Source: Patescibacteria group bacterium (GTDB taxonomy: Bacteria; Patescibacteriota; Patescibacteriia; Magasanikbacterales; GWA2-37-8). Taken from it: 64,000 bases of DNA. The position numbers and the translations under genes are program-made. A model generated the notes under the pieces. It had not been told where the DNA came from. It saw only the letters and a program-made list of their open reading frames with translations, and did no database searches. This document shows, piece after piece, positions 23,202-30,997 of this stretch; the stretch's first letter is position 1, and each line of letters opens with the position of its first letter. The stretch is taken from NCBI GenBank assembly GCA_004321885.1, contig SCQK01000013.1, positions 96,001 through 160,000 on the forward strand, given 5' to 3'.

Positions 23202-26156
23202 TTACTGGCCGTGACAGCGCTTGTATTTCTTCCCGCTGCCGCAAGGGCAAGGGTCGTTGCGGCCCACCACTTTGCCGGCCTCGTCGCGCACTTTTTTCCC
23301 GGCCGGCGCGGCGCCGTTGTCGCTGGTCTTGCTGGCCCCGCTAAACATCAGATTCCCCGCCTGCATCACCGACGGCGCTATCTGTATTCCCAAATTTACT
23401 TTATAAACCAAATACACCACTTCTTTTTGAATGTAATTAAGCAGTTCGTTGAACATCCGGTAGGTTTCTTTTTTGTATTCCACCAGCGGGTCGTGCTGGG
23501 CATAGCCGCGCAGGCCAATGCCGGTGCGCAAATAATCCACGGCCACCAAATGTTCCACCCACAGATTGTCTATGGCGCGCAGCAATACTTGTTTTTCTAT
23601 CTCGGCCATCATCTCGGGCGGGGCTTGTTTGACCAGCAGTTCCTCGTATTTATACTTGGCCGTTTCTATCAAAAATTCTATGAGTTGCGTCCTAATCGTA
23701 ACATCATCAACCCGCCCGCCCACCGGCGGGGCGCCAAATTCTCCGATTTTTTTCTTTTCATCGTCAGACAGCGGGAAAATGGTCGTCATTGTTTCGGCAA
23801 TTTCTTTCACATTCCAGTCACTGCGGTCTTCGGCGTTGGTATGGAACGAAACCACCTCTTCAATTTCCTGTTCTATCATTTCCAAAATCATGACGCGCAA
23901 ATTTTTTACCCCCTCTTTCGTCTCCCCCTTATCAAGGGGGAGAGAAGCGGTGGACGTCTCCGCCATATCACGAGAGAGAGAAGCGGTTGATTCAAAAGCG
24001 CGCAATACCTCGCGCCGTTTGCCGTAAATCACCTCGCGGTGCTTGTTGAGCACGTCATCGTACTCCAGCAAATGTTTGCGCGTGTCAAAATGCAAACCCT
24101 CCACTTTGCGCTGGGCGCTTTCTATAATGCGCGTAATCATCCCCTGCTCTATGGGCATGTCATCTGGCACTTTAAGGGCGTTCATTACCCCGCGTATTCT
24201 GTCGCCGGCAAAAATACGCATCAGGTCGTCTTCGGTGGAAAGGAAAAATTGCGACTGCCCCGGGTCGCCCTGGCGCCCGCTGCGGCCGCGCAACTGGTTG
24301 TCTATACGCCGGCTCTCGTGGCGCTCGGTGCCCAGCACAAACAAACCGCCGGCCGCGCGCACGCGCCCGGCTTCTTCGGGTACAGGCGGATTACCGCCCA
24401 AAATTATATCCACTCCCCTGCCGGCCATGTTGGTGGCCAGGGTCACGCGCCCGGGCTGGCCGGCCTGCGCGATTATCTCGCCCTCGCGCTCATGATTCTT
24501 GGCGTTTAGAATTTCATGCGCTATTCCCTCTCTTTGCAAATGCAAACTCAAGGCCTCGTTTTTCTCCACTGATACCGTGCCTATCAAAACCGGCTGGCCC
24601 TTGGCCTGTAATTCTTTTACCATCTGGGCGATGGCCTTGTGCTTGGCCTCTTCGGTTTTATAAATCCTGTCCGGAAAATTCGTGCGCTGGCTGGGTTTGT
24701 TCGGCGGAATTACCACCACTTCCAGTTTGTAAATTTTGCCGAACTCTTCGGCCTCGGTGACGGCCGTGCCGGTCATGCCCGACAGCTTTTCGTACAAACG
24801 GAAATAATTTTGAAAAGTAACCGTGGCCATGGTCTGACTTTCATGTTGAATGACCACGTTTTCTTTGGCTTCTATGGCCTGATGCAAGCCCTCGCTATAG
24901 CGGCGGCCCGGCATTTTGCGGCCGGTAAATTCGTCCACTATGAGCACCTCGCTGTTTTCCACGATATAGTCGCGGTCGCGCAAGAAAAGCGTCTGCGCCC
25001 GCAAAGCCTGCTCCACGTGGTGCACGGTACGCACCCCGCCCTCGGCGTAAATATTGTCCACGCCCAGCCATTTTTCCATTTTAGCGATGCCGGCTTCGGA
25101 AAGCGTGGCCGAGCGCATTTTTTCGTCTATGTTAAAGTCCTCGTTTTCTTTCAAGCGGCGCACCAGCTCGGCGAATTTGTAATACATGTCGGCCGCTTTT
25201 TCGGCCGGCGCGGAAATAATCAAGGGGGTGCGGGCTTCGTCTATTAAAATGGAGTCAACCTCGTCCACGATGGCGTAAAAAAACGGCCGCTGTACCATCT
25301 CGCTCAAATTTTGCACCATGTTGTCGCGCAAATAATCAAAGCCATATTCGTTGTTGGTGCCATAAGTGACGTCGCAGCCGTAGGCCTCTTGGCGCGAGCA
25401 GGGTTCCAAAAATTCCGTTTCCACTTTGTACATTCCTTTGGCGTCGCGTTCTTTGTCTGCTTCACTGCCCTCCTGTAACCCCACCCCCTGCCACCACACC
25501 AAAGATTTTGGTGTGGTGGCCTGCCCATCCCCTAATAGGGGAGGGGTTTTTGCGTAGCGAAAAGAAACACCAAGCTGTTGAATCACGCCCACGCTCAATC
25601 CCAAAGCATCATATATCTGCCCCATCCACACAGCGTCGCGTTTGGCCAAATAATCATTCACAGTCACCACGTGCACTCCCCTGCCGGCCAAGCCGTTTAG
25701 ATACACAGGCAAGGTAGCCACCAGGGTTTTGCCCTCGCCAGTGCCCATCTCAGCGATAGCGCCGCTATGCAAAGCCATGCCGCCCTTTAGCTGGACGTCA
25801 AAATGGCGCATACCAGTCAAACGTTTTGATGTTTCGCGCACCACGGCAAACGCCTCGGGCAAAATATCGTCCAGGGTGGCGCCGTCGGCCAAACGCTTTT
25901 TGAACTCATCGGTTTTGCCCCGCAACTGTTCCAAACTCAAAGACGCCATCCCGCTTTCCAGGGCATTGATTCTTTCCACGAGCGGCTTGTATCCGGCAAT
26001 CACTTTCGCATTCGGGTCGCCAAAAATTCTGCTAAAAAAAGACATAGAACCACTAATCTTTTTCGCTAATCTCACTAATCGCGAACGCCGTAATTCTATC
26101 ATATTTACGCGGAAAAGCAAGGGGTCGCGCGGTACACTGGCTCGCGCGATGAACAA
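23202..26156 (-). CDS. secA: preprotein translocase ATPase SecA
   Basis: DEAD motor motifs, TYGTNNEYGFDYLRDNM, C-terminal Zn finger CPCGSGKKYKRCHG; carries two in-frame repeat-derived insertions (23908-23986, 25468-25538). Confidence 0.95.
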   Translation of the reverse strand: MFIARASVPRDPLLFRVNMIELRRSRLVRLAKKISGSMSFFSRIFGDPNAKVIAGYKPLVERINALESGMASLSLEQLRGKTDEFKKRLADGATLDDILPEAFAVVRETSKRLTGMRHFDVQLKGGMALHSGAIAEMGTGEGKTLVATLPVYLNGLAGRGVHVVTVNDYLAKRDAVWMGQIYDALGLSVGVIQQLGVSFRYAKTPPLLGDGQATTPKSLVWWQGVGLQEGSEADKERDAKGMYKVETEFLEPCSRQEAYGCDVTYGTNNEYGFDYLRDNMVQNLSEMVQRPFFYAIVDEVDSILIDEARTPLIISAPAEKAADMYYKFAELVRRLKENEDFNIDEKMRSATLSEAGIAKMEKWLGVDNIYAEGGVRTVHHVEQALRAQTLFLRDRDYIVENSEVLIVDEFTGRKMPGRRYSEGLHQAIEAKENVVIQHESQTMATVTFQNYFRLYEKLSGMTGTAVTEAEEFGKIYKLEVVVIPPNKPSQRTNFPDRIYKTEEAKHKAIAQMVKELQAKGQPVLIGTVSVEKNEALSLHLQREGIAHEILNAKNHEREGEIIAQAGQPGRVTLATNMAGRGVDIILGGNPPVPEEAGRVRAAGGLFVLGTERHESRRIDNQLRGRSGRQGDPGQSQFFLSTEDDLMRIFAGDRIRGVMNALKVPDDMPIEQGMITRIIESAQRKVEGLHFDTRKHLLEYDDVLNKHREVIYGKRREVLRAFESTASLSRDMAETSTASLPLDKGETKEGVKNLRVMILEMIEQEIEEVVSFHTNAEDRSDWNVKEIAETMTTIFPLSDDEKKKIGEFGAPPVGGRVDDVTIRTQLIEFLIETAKYKYEELLVKQAPPEMMAEIEKQVLLRAIDNLWVEHLVAVDYLRTGIGLRGYAQHDPLVEYKKETYRMFNELLNYIQKEVVYLVYKVNLGIQIAPSVMQAGNLMFSGASKTSDNGAAPAGKKVRDEAGKVVGRNDPCPCGSGKKYKRCHGQ
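25468..25538. repeat. family-D CCCCTCCC...GGGAGGGG element with a CCACCACACCAAA-N-TTTGGTGTGGTGG core
   Basis: near-identical copy at 46641-46706; long copy 33832-33952; shorter CCCCTCC..GGAGGGG copies 2084-2120, 16096-16143, 23908-23986, 32401-32436, 39687-39733, 40690-40723, 47323-47364, 51559-51597, 57288-57324, 58103-58140. Confidence 0.85.
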
Positions 26157-26176
26157 ATTTATGCTATAATATCCCC

Positions 26177-27898
26177 ATGGCCGAAAACATCTTTTTGCAA
26201 ATAAGCCTGCTGTTGGCCCTCACGGTGGGCGCGGCTTTCATTCTGCGCCTCCTGCGCCAGCCCCTGATTATCGCTTACCTGGCCGTGGGCGTGCTGGCCG
26301 GCCCCATGTTTTTCAATCTGCTCAAAGGCGGGGCAAATGTTTACGACGCGTTCGCCAAAATCGGCGTGGTGCTTTTGCTGTTTGTCGTGGGCCTCAATCT
26401 CAATCTCGGCTATCTCAAAAAAATCGGCAAAGTGGCCATCATCACCGGCCTGGCCCAGGTTACGCTCACCGCTCTCATCGGCATGGCCATCTTGCAGGCG
26501 CTCAAATTTTCCCTGCTCTCTTCCATCTATCTGGCCGTCGCCATCACCTTTTCTTCCACCATCATCATCACCAAGCTGCTCAATGAAAAAAAACACACTG
26601 AAAGCATGTACGGCCGCTATGTCATCGGCCTGATGCTGATGCAGGATTTTGTCGCCATTATTATAATGATGATTCTGGGCATCACCCGCCAGCAGGCCGA
26701 ATTTTCCGCCGGCGCGCCCCTGGCCCTGAAAATTATTTTTCTGGCTGGCTTTATTCTGGCTCTAACAAAATACATTGCCCCCGCCATCTTAAAACGCGTG
26801 GCCGACTCCGGGGAATTTTTGTTTGTCTTTACCCTGGCCTGGTGCCTGGGCATCGCCAGCATCACCTATTGGCTGGGCTTTCCGGTGGAAGTCGGGGCCA
26901 TCATCGCCGGCCTCACCCTGGGCTCAACGCCCTATCAGCCAGAAATTTCCAGCCGCGTCAAACCATTGCGCGATTTTTTCATTGTTTTGTTTTTCATCAT
27001 TCTGGGCGGCAGTTTGGAGCTAAACAATTTGCGCGCTTCCCTCGCGCCCGGCCTCATTCTTTCGCTTTATATCCTCATTGGCAACCCGCTCATTCTTTAC
27101 ATCCTTTATCGCCTGCACAAATTCAACCGTCGCAACAGCTTTTTATCGGCCCTTACCGCGGCCCAGGTGAGCGAGTTCGGCTTTATATTGCTTTACACCG
27201 GCGCCGGCATCGGCCACCTGGGGAAAAACGAGATTCCTGTTTTTACTCTGGTTGCCTTAATCACAATCTTCATTTCTTCCTACCTTATTACTTACAATGA
27301 AAGAATTTATCATTTTTTGAAGCCGTTTTTTGCCCTGTTCGGCAAAGACAACCGAACGCAAAAAGAAGACGATGCCGCCTCTTATGATGTCTGGGTCTTC
27401 GGCTATCATCGCATCGGCTGGAAGGTTTGCGAAGCATTGATTGAAAAAAAGATTAAATTCGCGGTGGTGGATTACAATCCGGAAATTATTTCCAAATTAA
27501 AAAAACGCGGGGTGCCCAGTTATTTCGGCGATGCCTCGGATATAGAATTTTTAGACGCCTTGCCTCTGGGCGAGGCTAAACTTATTATTTCCACTTTGCC
27601 CACGGTAGAAGACCAGCGCGCCCTGATAGCGCATGTAAAGCACAACGGCAAAATTAGACGCGGGCGGGCGCGCCAGGCCCCGTTTTTCATCGCCAGCTTG
27701 TACGACGACGCCTACCTACAGGAGCTGTATGAAATGGGCGCGGATTATGTGATGATGCCGCATCTGCTGGGCGGCCAGCGCATTTACGATGTTTTGAAAC
27801 GCGGGCATTGGGCCAAAGAAGGCTTGAAAAAATTAAGGCAGTACCAAAAAGACGAGCATAATTCGCGCTTTGAGGCGCTGGGCGCCCGCCATTGTTAA
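26177..27898 (+). CDS. CPA2-family cation:proton antiporter (KefB/KefC-like) with a C-terminal TrkA-N/RCK domain
   Basis: 12-13 TM Na/H-exchanger core followed by a Rossmann-like VWVFGYHRIGWKVCEAL...VVDYNPE segment. Confidence 0.8.
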   Translation: MAENIFLQISLLLALTVGAAFILRLLRQPLIIAYLAVGVLAGPMFFNLLKGGANVYDAFAKIGVVLLLFVVGLNLNLGYLKKIGKVAIITGLAQVTLTALIGMAILQALKFSLLSSIYLAVAITFSSTIIITKLLNEKKHTESMYGRYVIGLMLMQDFVAIIIMMILGITRQQAEFSAGAPLALKIIFLAGFILALTKYIAPAILKRVADSGEFLFVFTLAWCLGIASITYWLGFPVEVGAIIAGLTLGSTPYQPEISSRVKPLRDFFIVLFFIILGGSLELNNLRASLAPGLILSLYILIGNPLILYILYRLHKFNRRNSFLSALTAAQVSEFGFILLYTGAGIGHLGKNEIPVFTLVALITIFISSYLITYNERIYHFLKPFFALFGKDNRTQKEDDAASYDVWVFGYHRIGWKVCEALIEKKIKFAVVDYNPEIISKLKKRGVPSYFGDASDIEFLDALPLGEAKLIISTLPTVEDQRALIAHVKHNGKIRRGRARQAPFFIASLYDDAYLQELYEMGADYVMMPHLLGGQRIYDVLKRGHWAKEGLKKLRQYQKDEHNSRFEALGARHC

Positions 27899-27958
27899 GT
27901 TTTGAATATTAAAAACTCGCACACGAAAACATAGAAAAAGATATCCACAGCCCCGCGC

Positions 27959-27987
27959 TTGACACTAAGCGGGGTGTAAAGTATCAT
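27959..27987 (+). promoter_or_regulatory. consensus sigma70 promoter TTGACA-17-TATCAT
   Basis: near-perfect hexamers with a 17-nt spacer about 110 nt upstream of the 28102 ORF, followed by a structured leader. Confidence 0.5.
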
Positions 27988-28101
27988 ATACCGGCTTCGG
28001 AAAGTGGTAACGGGCCCATCCGTCGGTTGACGGAGAATTAGGGCTACGTGCCAATCCTCTAAAGCCCTCGCATGAGCGAGGCAACGAACAAGGAGAGACG
28101 G

Positions 28102-28485
28102 ATGGAAACCAAGACGCAGAAGGGGAACCTCGCCGTGCCCGTCATCGCCCCCGACACGGACCAGCTCCAAAAGGCAATCTTCACGCACGAGCCCACCCCG
28201 ATCGTCTACAAGAACGAGAAGGGCGAGCTGGTGCGCTGCTGGGCGGCCTTCAACGCCGTCCACGCCGAGACCGCCGACAAGAGCGTGTTCGTGCTGCGGG
28301 GCAAGATCGTGGCCGGCGACGCGAACTTCCTGCGCGCGCACGAGAACGCGGTGCGCCGGAACTACGAGGCGTCCCTCATCTACAAGCTCGGGCAGGACTA
28401 CGCCCAGCTGGAGATGTGGGACAAGTCCGGCAAGGACGAGATCCCGCCGGGCACGTTCTCGAGCGACGACCACCGCGCGCGATAG
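28102..28485 (+). CDS. hypothetical protein in a GC-rich (about 62%) cassette (start chosen at METKT after AAGGAGAGACGG; ORF-track start 28072)
   Basis: strong SD 7 nt upstream; high GC3 codon usage unlike the rest of the window. Confidence 0.45.
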   Translation: METKTQKGNLAVPVIAPDTDQLQKAIFTHEPTPIVYKNEKGELVRCWAAFNAVHAETADKSVFVLRGKIVAGDANFLRAHENAVRRNYEASLIYKLGQDYAQLEMWDKSGKDEIPPGTFSSDDHRAR

Positions 28486-28637
28486 CGCCACCGACAGAAC
28501 CACGGCGCTAACCGCAACCGCACATTCCCACCAGTCGTCCCCTCCCCAATTCGGGACGCATCTCACAGTAGACTGTGAACCCCATCGCGACACGCGTCGC
28601 GGTAGCGCGGTTCCCTCTGCGAGACACAACACAAGAG

Positions 28638-28670
28638 GCCCGACCCAGCAACAGCAGGTCGGTCTTTTTC
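28638..28670 (+). terminator. intrinsic terminator (GCCCGACC-CAGCAACAGCA-GGTCGG-TCTTTTT)
   Basis: GC-rich stem followed by a T-run about 150 nt after the 28485 stop. Confidence 0.6.
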
Positions 28671-28735
28671 GTTTACAAAAAACCCCGCTCATTGCGGGGT
28701 CTATAGCTTTATAACTTGATAACTTTCTACTTCAA

Positions 28736-29377
28736 TCACGGTTCCACCAAAATCTGCGCCGCGCCGCCGCCATCGCACGTGATGAAGAACTTGCCCACAT
28801 ACTTGGCCGTGGCAATGGCGAAACCGTATTTGGGCACATAGTACGACTGCTTGCCGAAAGCAACGGTGTGCGCCTTGGCATCGCGGTTGTCCAGCATAAA
28901 CTGCTTGCCTTTTTTCATGGTCAAAGACCCGGGCGTGCCTTTGCATTTATAAAACTGATAATAATACCCGGATTTGCGATAGATACTTAAAGCCTTAGTG
29001 TAACTTAATGTGGCCGAAGGGCTGACGCCTGTTTTAGCGCCAGTACCCGTAACACCACCTGTGCCTGGCACCGTGGATGCGGCGGTAGTGGCGGTAGTGG
29101 CGGTTTTATCCGTGGACGGCTGTTCCCCTGCCTCGGTAGTGGTCGCGGTCTGCTCTTCGCCCGGCGCCGGACTGACGGCCGGTTTCTTGCCCCATTTATT
29201 CCAGGCCAGCAAAGCCACCACAATCGCCACAATCACGATAATTGTGGGCAGATTGCCTTTTTTGTCCGCCGGCGGCGCTTCGGGCGCCGACTGCCCGCCT
29301 GTTGGCGGGTTTCCCGCTCCGCCAACTGGCGGATTGGTATTTTGGTTGTCCATAAAGTCAAAAATTACATTACTCAC
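28736..29377 (-). CDS. membrane-anchored secreted hypothetical protein with a P/T/G-rich linker
   Basis: N-terminal TM IIVIVAIVVALLAW, low-complexity linker, C-terminal roughly 100-aa globular domain. Confidence 0.5.
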   Translation of the reverse strand: MSNVIFDFMDNQNTNPPVGGAGNPPTGGQSAPEAPPADKKGNLPTIIVIVAIVVALLAWNKWGKKPAVSPAPGEEQTATTTEAGEQPSTDKTATTATTAASTVPGTGGVTGTGAKTGVSPSATLSYTKALSIYRKSGYYYQFYKCKGTPGSLTMKKGKQFMLDNRDAKAHTVAFGKQSYYVPKYGFAIATAKYVGKFFITCDGGGAAQILVEP

Positions 29378-29453
29378 ACTTTCCCTCCGCTATCATCAAT
29401 ATACCCCAACCCGCTCAAAAAGTCAACGATTGCGGGATCCCCGCCGCGTTTAC

Positions 29454-29479
29454 AAAAAATCCCCGACTTAGCCGGGAAT
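29454..29479 (-). terminator. hairpin plus U-run downstream of tRNA-Trp (family-E CCCGACTTAGCCGGG hairpin)
   Basis: minus-strand RNA TCCCG-GCTAAGT-CGGGA-TTTTTT. Confidence 0.45.
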
Positions 29480-29489
29480 TTTTTACTTG

Positions 29490-29560
29490 CAGGGGCTGAG
29501 GGAATCGGACCCCCAACTTCTCTTTTGGAGAGAGGTGTTATACCACTTAACTAAGCCCCC
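29490..29560 (-). tRNA. tRNA-Trp (anticodon CCA)
   Basis: GGGGGCT..GTTA-AGTGGTA-TAAC..CCTCT-CTCCAAA-AGAGA..GGGGG-TCCGATT-CCCTC-AGCCCCT-G; discriminator G73 and a wobble 1:72 pair as in E. coli tRNA-Trp. Confidence 0.8.
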
Positions 29561-29577
29561 GAGAGGGGCGGCTCTTA

Positions 29578-29733
29578 TTATTTCGTCTCTTTGTGCATGG
29601 TATGTTTTTTGCAATGCCGGCAGAATTTTTTCATCTCCAAGCGGTTTTTGAGAGTTTTTTTGTTGCGGGTGCTGAAATAATTCGCGCGCTTGCATTGCGA
29701 GCATTCCAACTTGGCCAAATTATCTTGAGACAT
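29578..29733 (-). CDS. rpmG: 50S ribosomal protein L33 (missed by the ORF track, under 60 aa)
   Basis: [51 protein letters not shown]: Zn-ribbon CxxC...CxxC and the L33 consensus. Confidence 0.85.
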   Translation of the reverse strand: MSQDNLAKLECSQCKRANYFSTRNKKTLKNRLEMKKFCRHCKKHTMHKETK

Positions 29734-29755
29734 AATAAAATATTAGGCTTGGTGG

Positions 29756-29784
29756 AGTGTAGCACACTTCACGCGAATTGTCAA
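29756..29784 (-). promoter_or_regulatory. sigma70-like promoter TTGACA-17-TACACT upstream of rpmG
   Basis: minus-strand hexamers with a 17-nt spacer about 20 nt upstream of the rpmG ATG. Confidence 0.5.
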
Positions 29785-30022
29785 AATTATTTCCCTCTTG
29801 ACAACTCATACACAGGAGGTATGATAAAAGTAGACGAACCTTTTATTTCATACTGTATGGGGACGCGAAAGTGCGGGCGCGCCTAGGCTAACCGAGGCGC
29901 CTCTTTACAAGGAACCGCTGGCTGAAAAACAACCGGTTCGGGGCAAGAGTCCCGAAACAAGCGCTTGGCGCACGGATTGTTTTTCAACCCCAGGTCGGCT
30001 GGGTCTGCCCGCAGTGTAGAGT

Positions 30023-30051
30023 TAAAAACAGTCCCGACTTAGTCGGGACTG
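30023..30051 (-). terminator. intrinsic terminator after tRNA-Thr(GGU) (CAGTCCCGA-CTAAG-TCGGGACTG-TTTTT)
   Basis: perfect 9-bp stem plus a U-run immediately 3' of the tRNA. Confidence 0.5.
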
Positions 30052-30061
30052 TTTTGGCGCG

Positions 30062-30323
30062 AGCCGATGAGCGGATTTGAACCGCTGACCACCTCCTTCG
30101 CTTATACTTTATATTGCTATAAAGACTAGACTGTATCTTTGGCTTATCCTTTACCGGACTTAGCCACCCTTGTCAGTCGTTCGCCCGCGATTAGCGGGAC
30201 GGTCTTGTCCCAATTTATTTAGGGATATTAACCGTTATTCGGGATTCACCACGATGTTTCCATCGTGATGGGCGAGGCTTGCGGCTCACCATGGAGGTGC
30301 TCTACCAACTGAGCTACATCGGC
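30062..30323 (-). tRNA. tRNA-Thr (anticodon GGT) interrupted between nt 36/37 by a 189-nt intron (exons 30288-30323 and 30062-30098)
   Basis: joined exons give GCCGATGTAGCTCAGTTGGTAGAGCACCTCCATGGT|AAGGAGGTGGTCAGCGGTTCAAATCCGCTCATCGGCT, a canonical cloverleaf very close to E. coli tRNA-Thr(GGU). Confidence 0.75.
30099..30287 (-). ncRNA. group I-like self-splicing intron in the tRNA-Thr(GGU) anticodon loop
   Basis: 5' exon ends in U, intron ends in G; P1 can form with a U-G wobble (AUGGU|GAG with CUCGCC(C)AU); P2 hairpin CACGAUG-GAAA-CAUCGUG; internal ACAAGACCGUC resembles the Tetrahymena P3/P4 segment GCAAGACCGUC; ACAGUCUAGUC is a P7-like element. Confidence 0.6.
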
Positions 30324-30328
30324 ATTTT

Positions 30329-30988
30329 CTAATTTTTTTTATTTTCCAAAATCCTCATTAATTCATCTCTCATTTTTTTATTATGGTAATAAACTGTTAA
30401 AACTCCATGTCTACTTTTTTCGCGATAAGTACCTTTTCTAACAGACATTGTTATCGTGCTTTTGTAAAATTGATTTTTATTTACCTTTATTTGCCCCTTC
30501 CAAAACCTTAGCGCTTCAGTCACTGAAATGTCATTGAATAACTGAAGGCTAAACTTAAGGTCTTTTCTTCTAATGGAAAAAAATTTAACTAAAAAGTCAA
30601 TAAATTTCTTGACCAATCTTGGGTCAGTATTTCCCAACCTAACTGTGCATTTATCCGCTTTTGTTCCCTCCCCCCAGTATAACCCAAGTCCAAAACCATA
30701 TAAAATTCCCTCTTTTAATGTATGTGGATACTTTATGACAAATGGATCACCGTTTGGGTTATTTTTTTTGTAAATAGCTTCACTGATAGATCTACACGTA
30801 ATCGAATATTTTTCCATCCAATAACGTATTTTATTTACTGAACATTCGAAAATATTGGCAATTTCTTGTGCCGACTTTCCCTGATTTTGATATAATTTTT
30901 GCAAAACACCTTTGCTTATCATATCACAAATTATATCATAGCCGACTGAATAGTACAAGTAACCCCAAGTAGATAATATGGTTGTCAA
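30329..30988 (-). CDS. HTH-containing protein with a degenerate LAGLIDADG-like motif; putative free-standing homing endonuclease between two intron-containing tRNA genes (TTG start)
   Basis: N-terminal HTH (SAQEIANIFECSVNKIRYWMEKY); ILYGFGLGLYWGEGTKADKCTVRLGNTD resembles the single-motif LAGLIDADG core; the ORF opens inside the tRNA-Tyr 3' exon and ends 6 nt before tRNA-Thr. Confidence 0.4.
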   Translation of the reverse strand: MTTILSTWGYLYYSVGYDIICDMISKGVLQKLYQNQGKSAQEIANIFECSVNKIRYWMEKYSITCRSISEAIYKKNNPNGDPFVIKYPHTLKEGILYGFGLGLYWGEGTKADKCTVRLGNTDPRLVKKFIDFLVKFFSIRRKDLKFSLQLFNDISVTEALRFWKGQIKVNKNQFYKSTITMSVRKGTYREKSRHGVLTVYYHNKKMRDELMRILENKKN

Positions 30989-30997
30989 TGAACCTTG

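Noticed and set aside
27895-28692. 265-aa minus-strand ORF across the GC-rich cassette
   Set aside because: It is an antisense frame through high-GC sequence. The plus-strand ORF has the promoter, SD and terminator.
30062-30323. Alternative reading of the split tRNA as tRNA-Arg(GCG) or tRNA-Ile
   Set aside because: Splice points that give GCG violate the exon-U and intron-G rule. The U/G-consistent junction gives the anticodon loop AUGGUAA, and the body matches tRNA-Thr(GGU) almost base for base.
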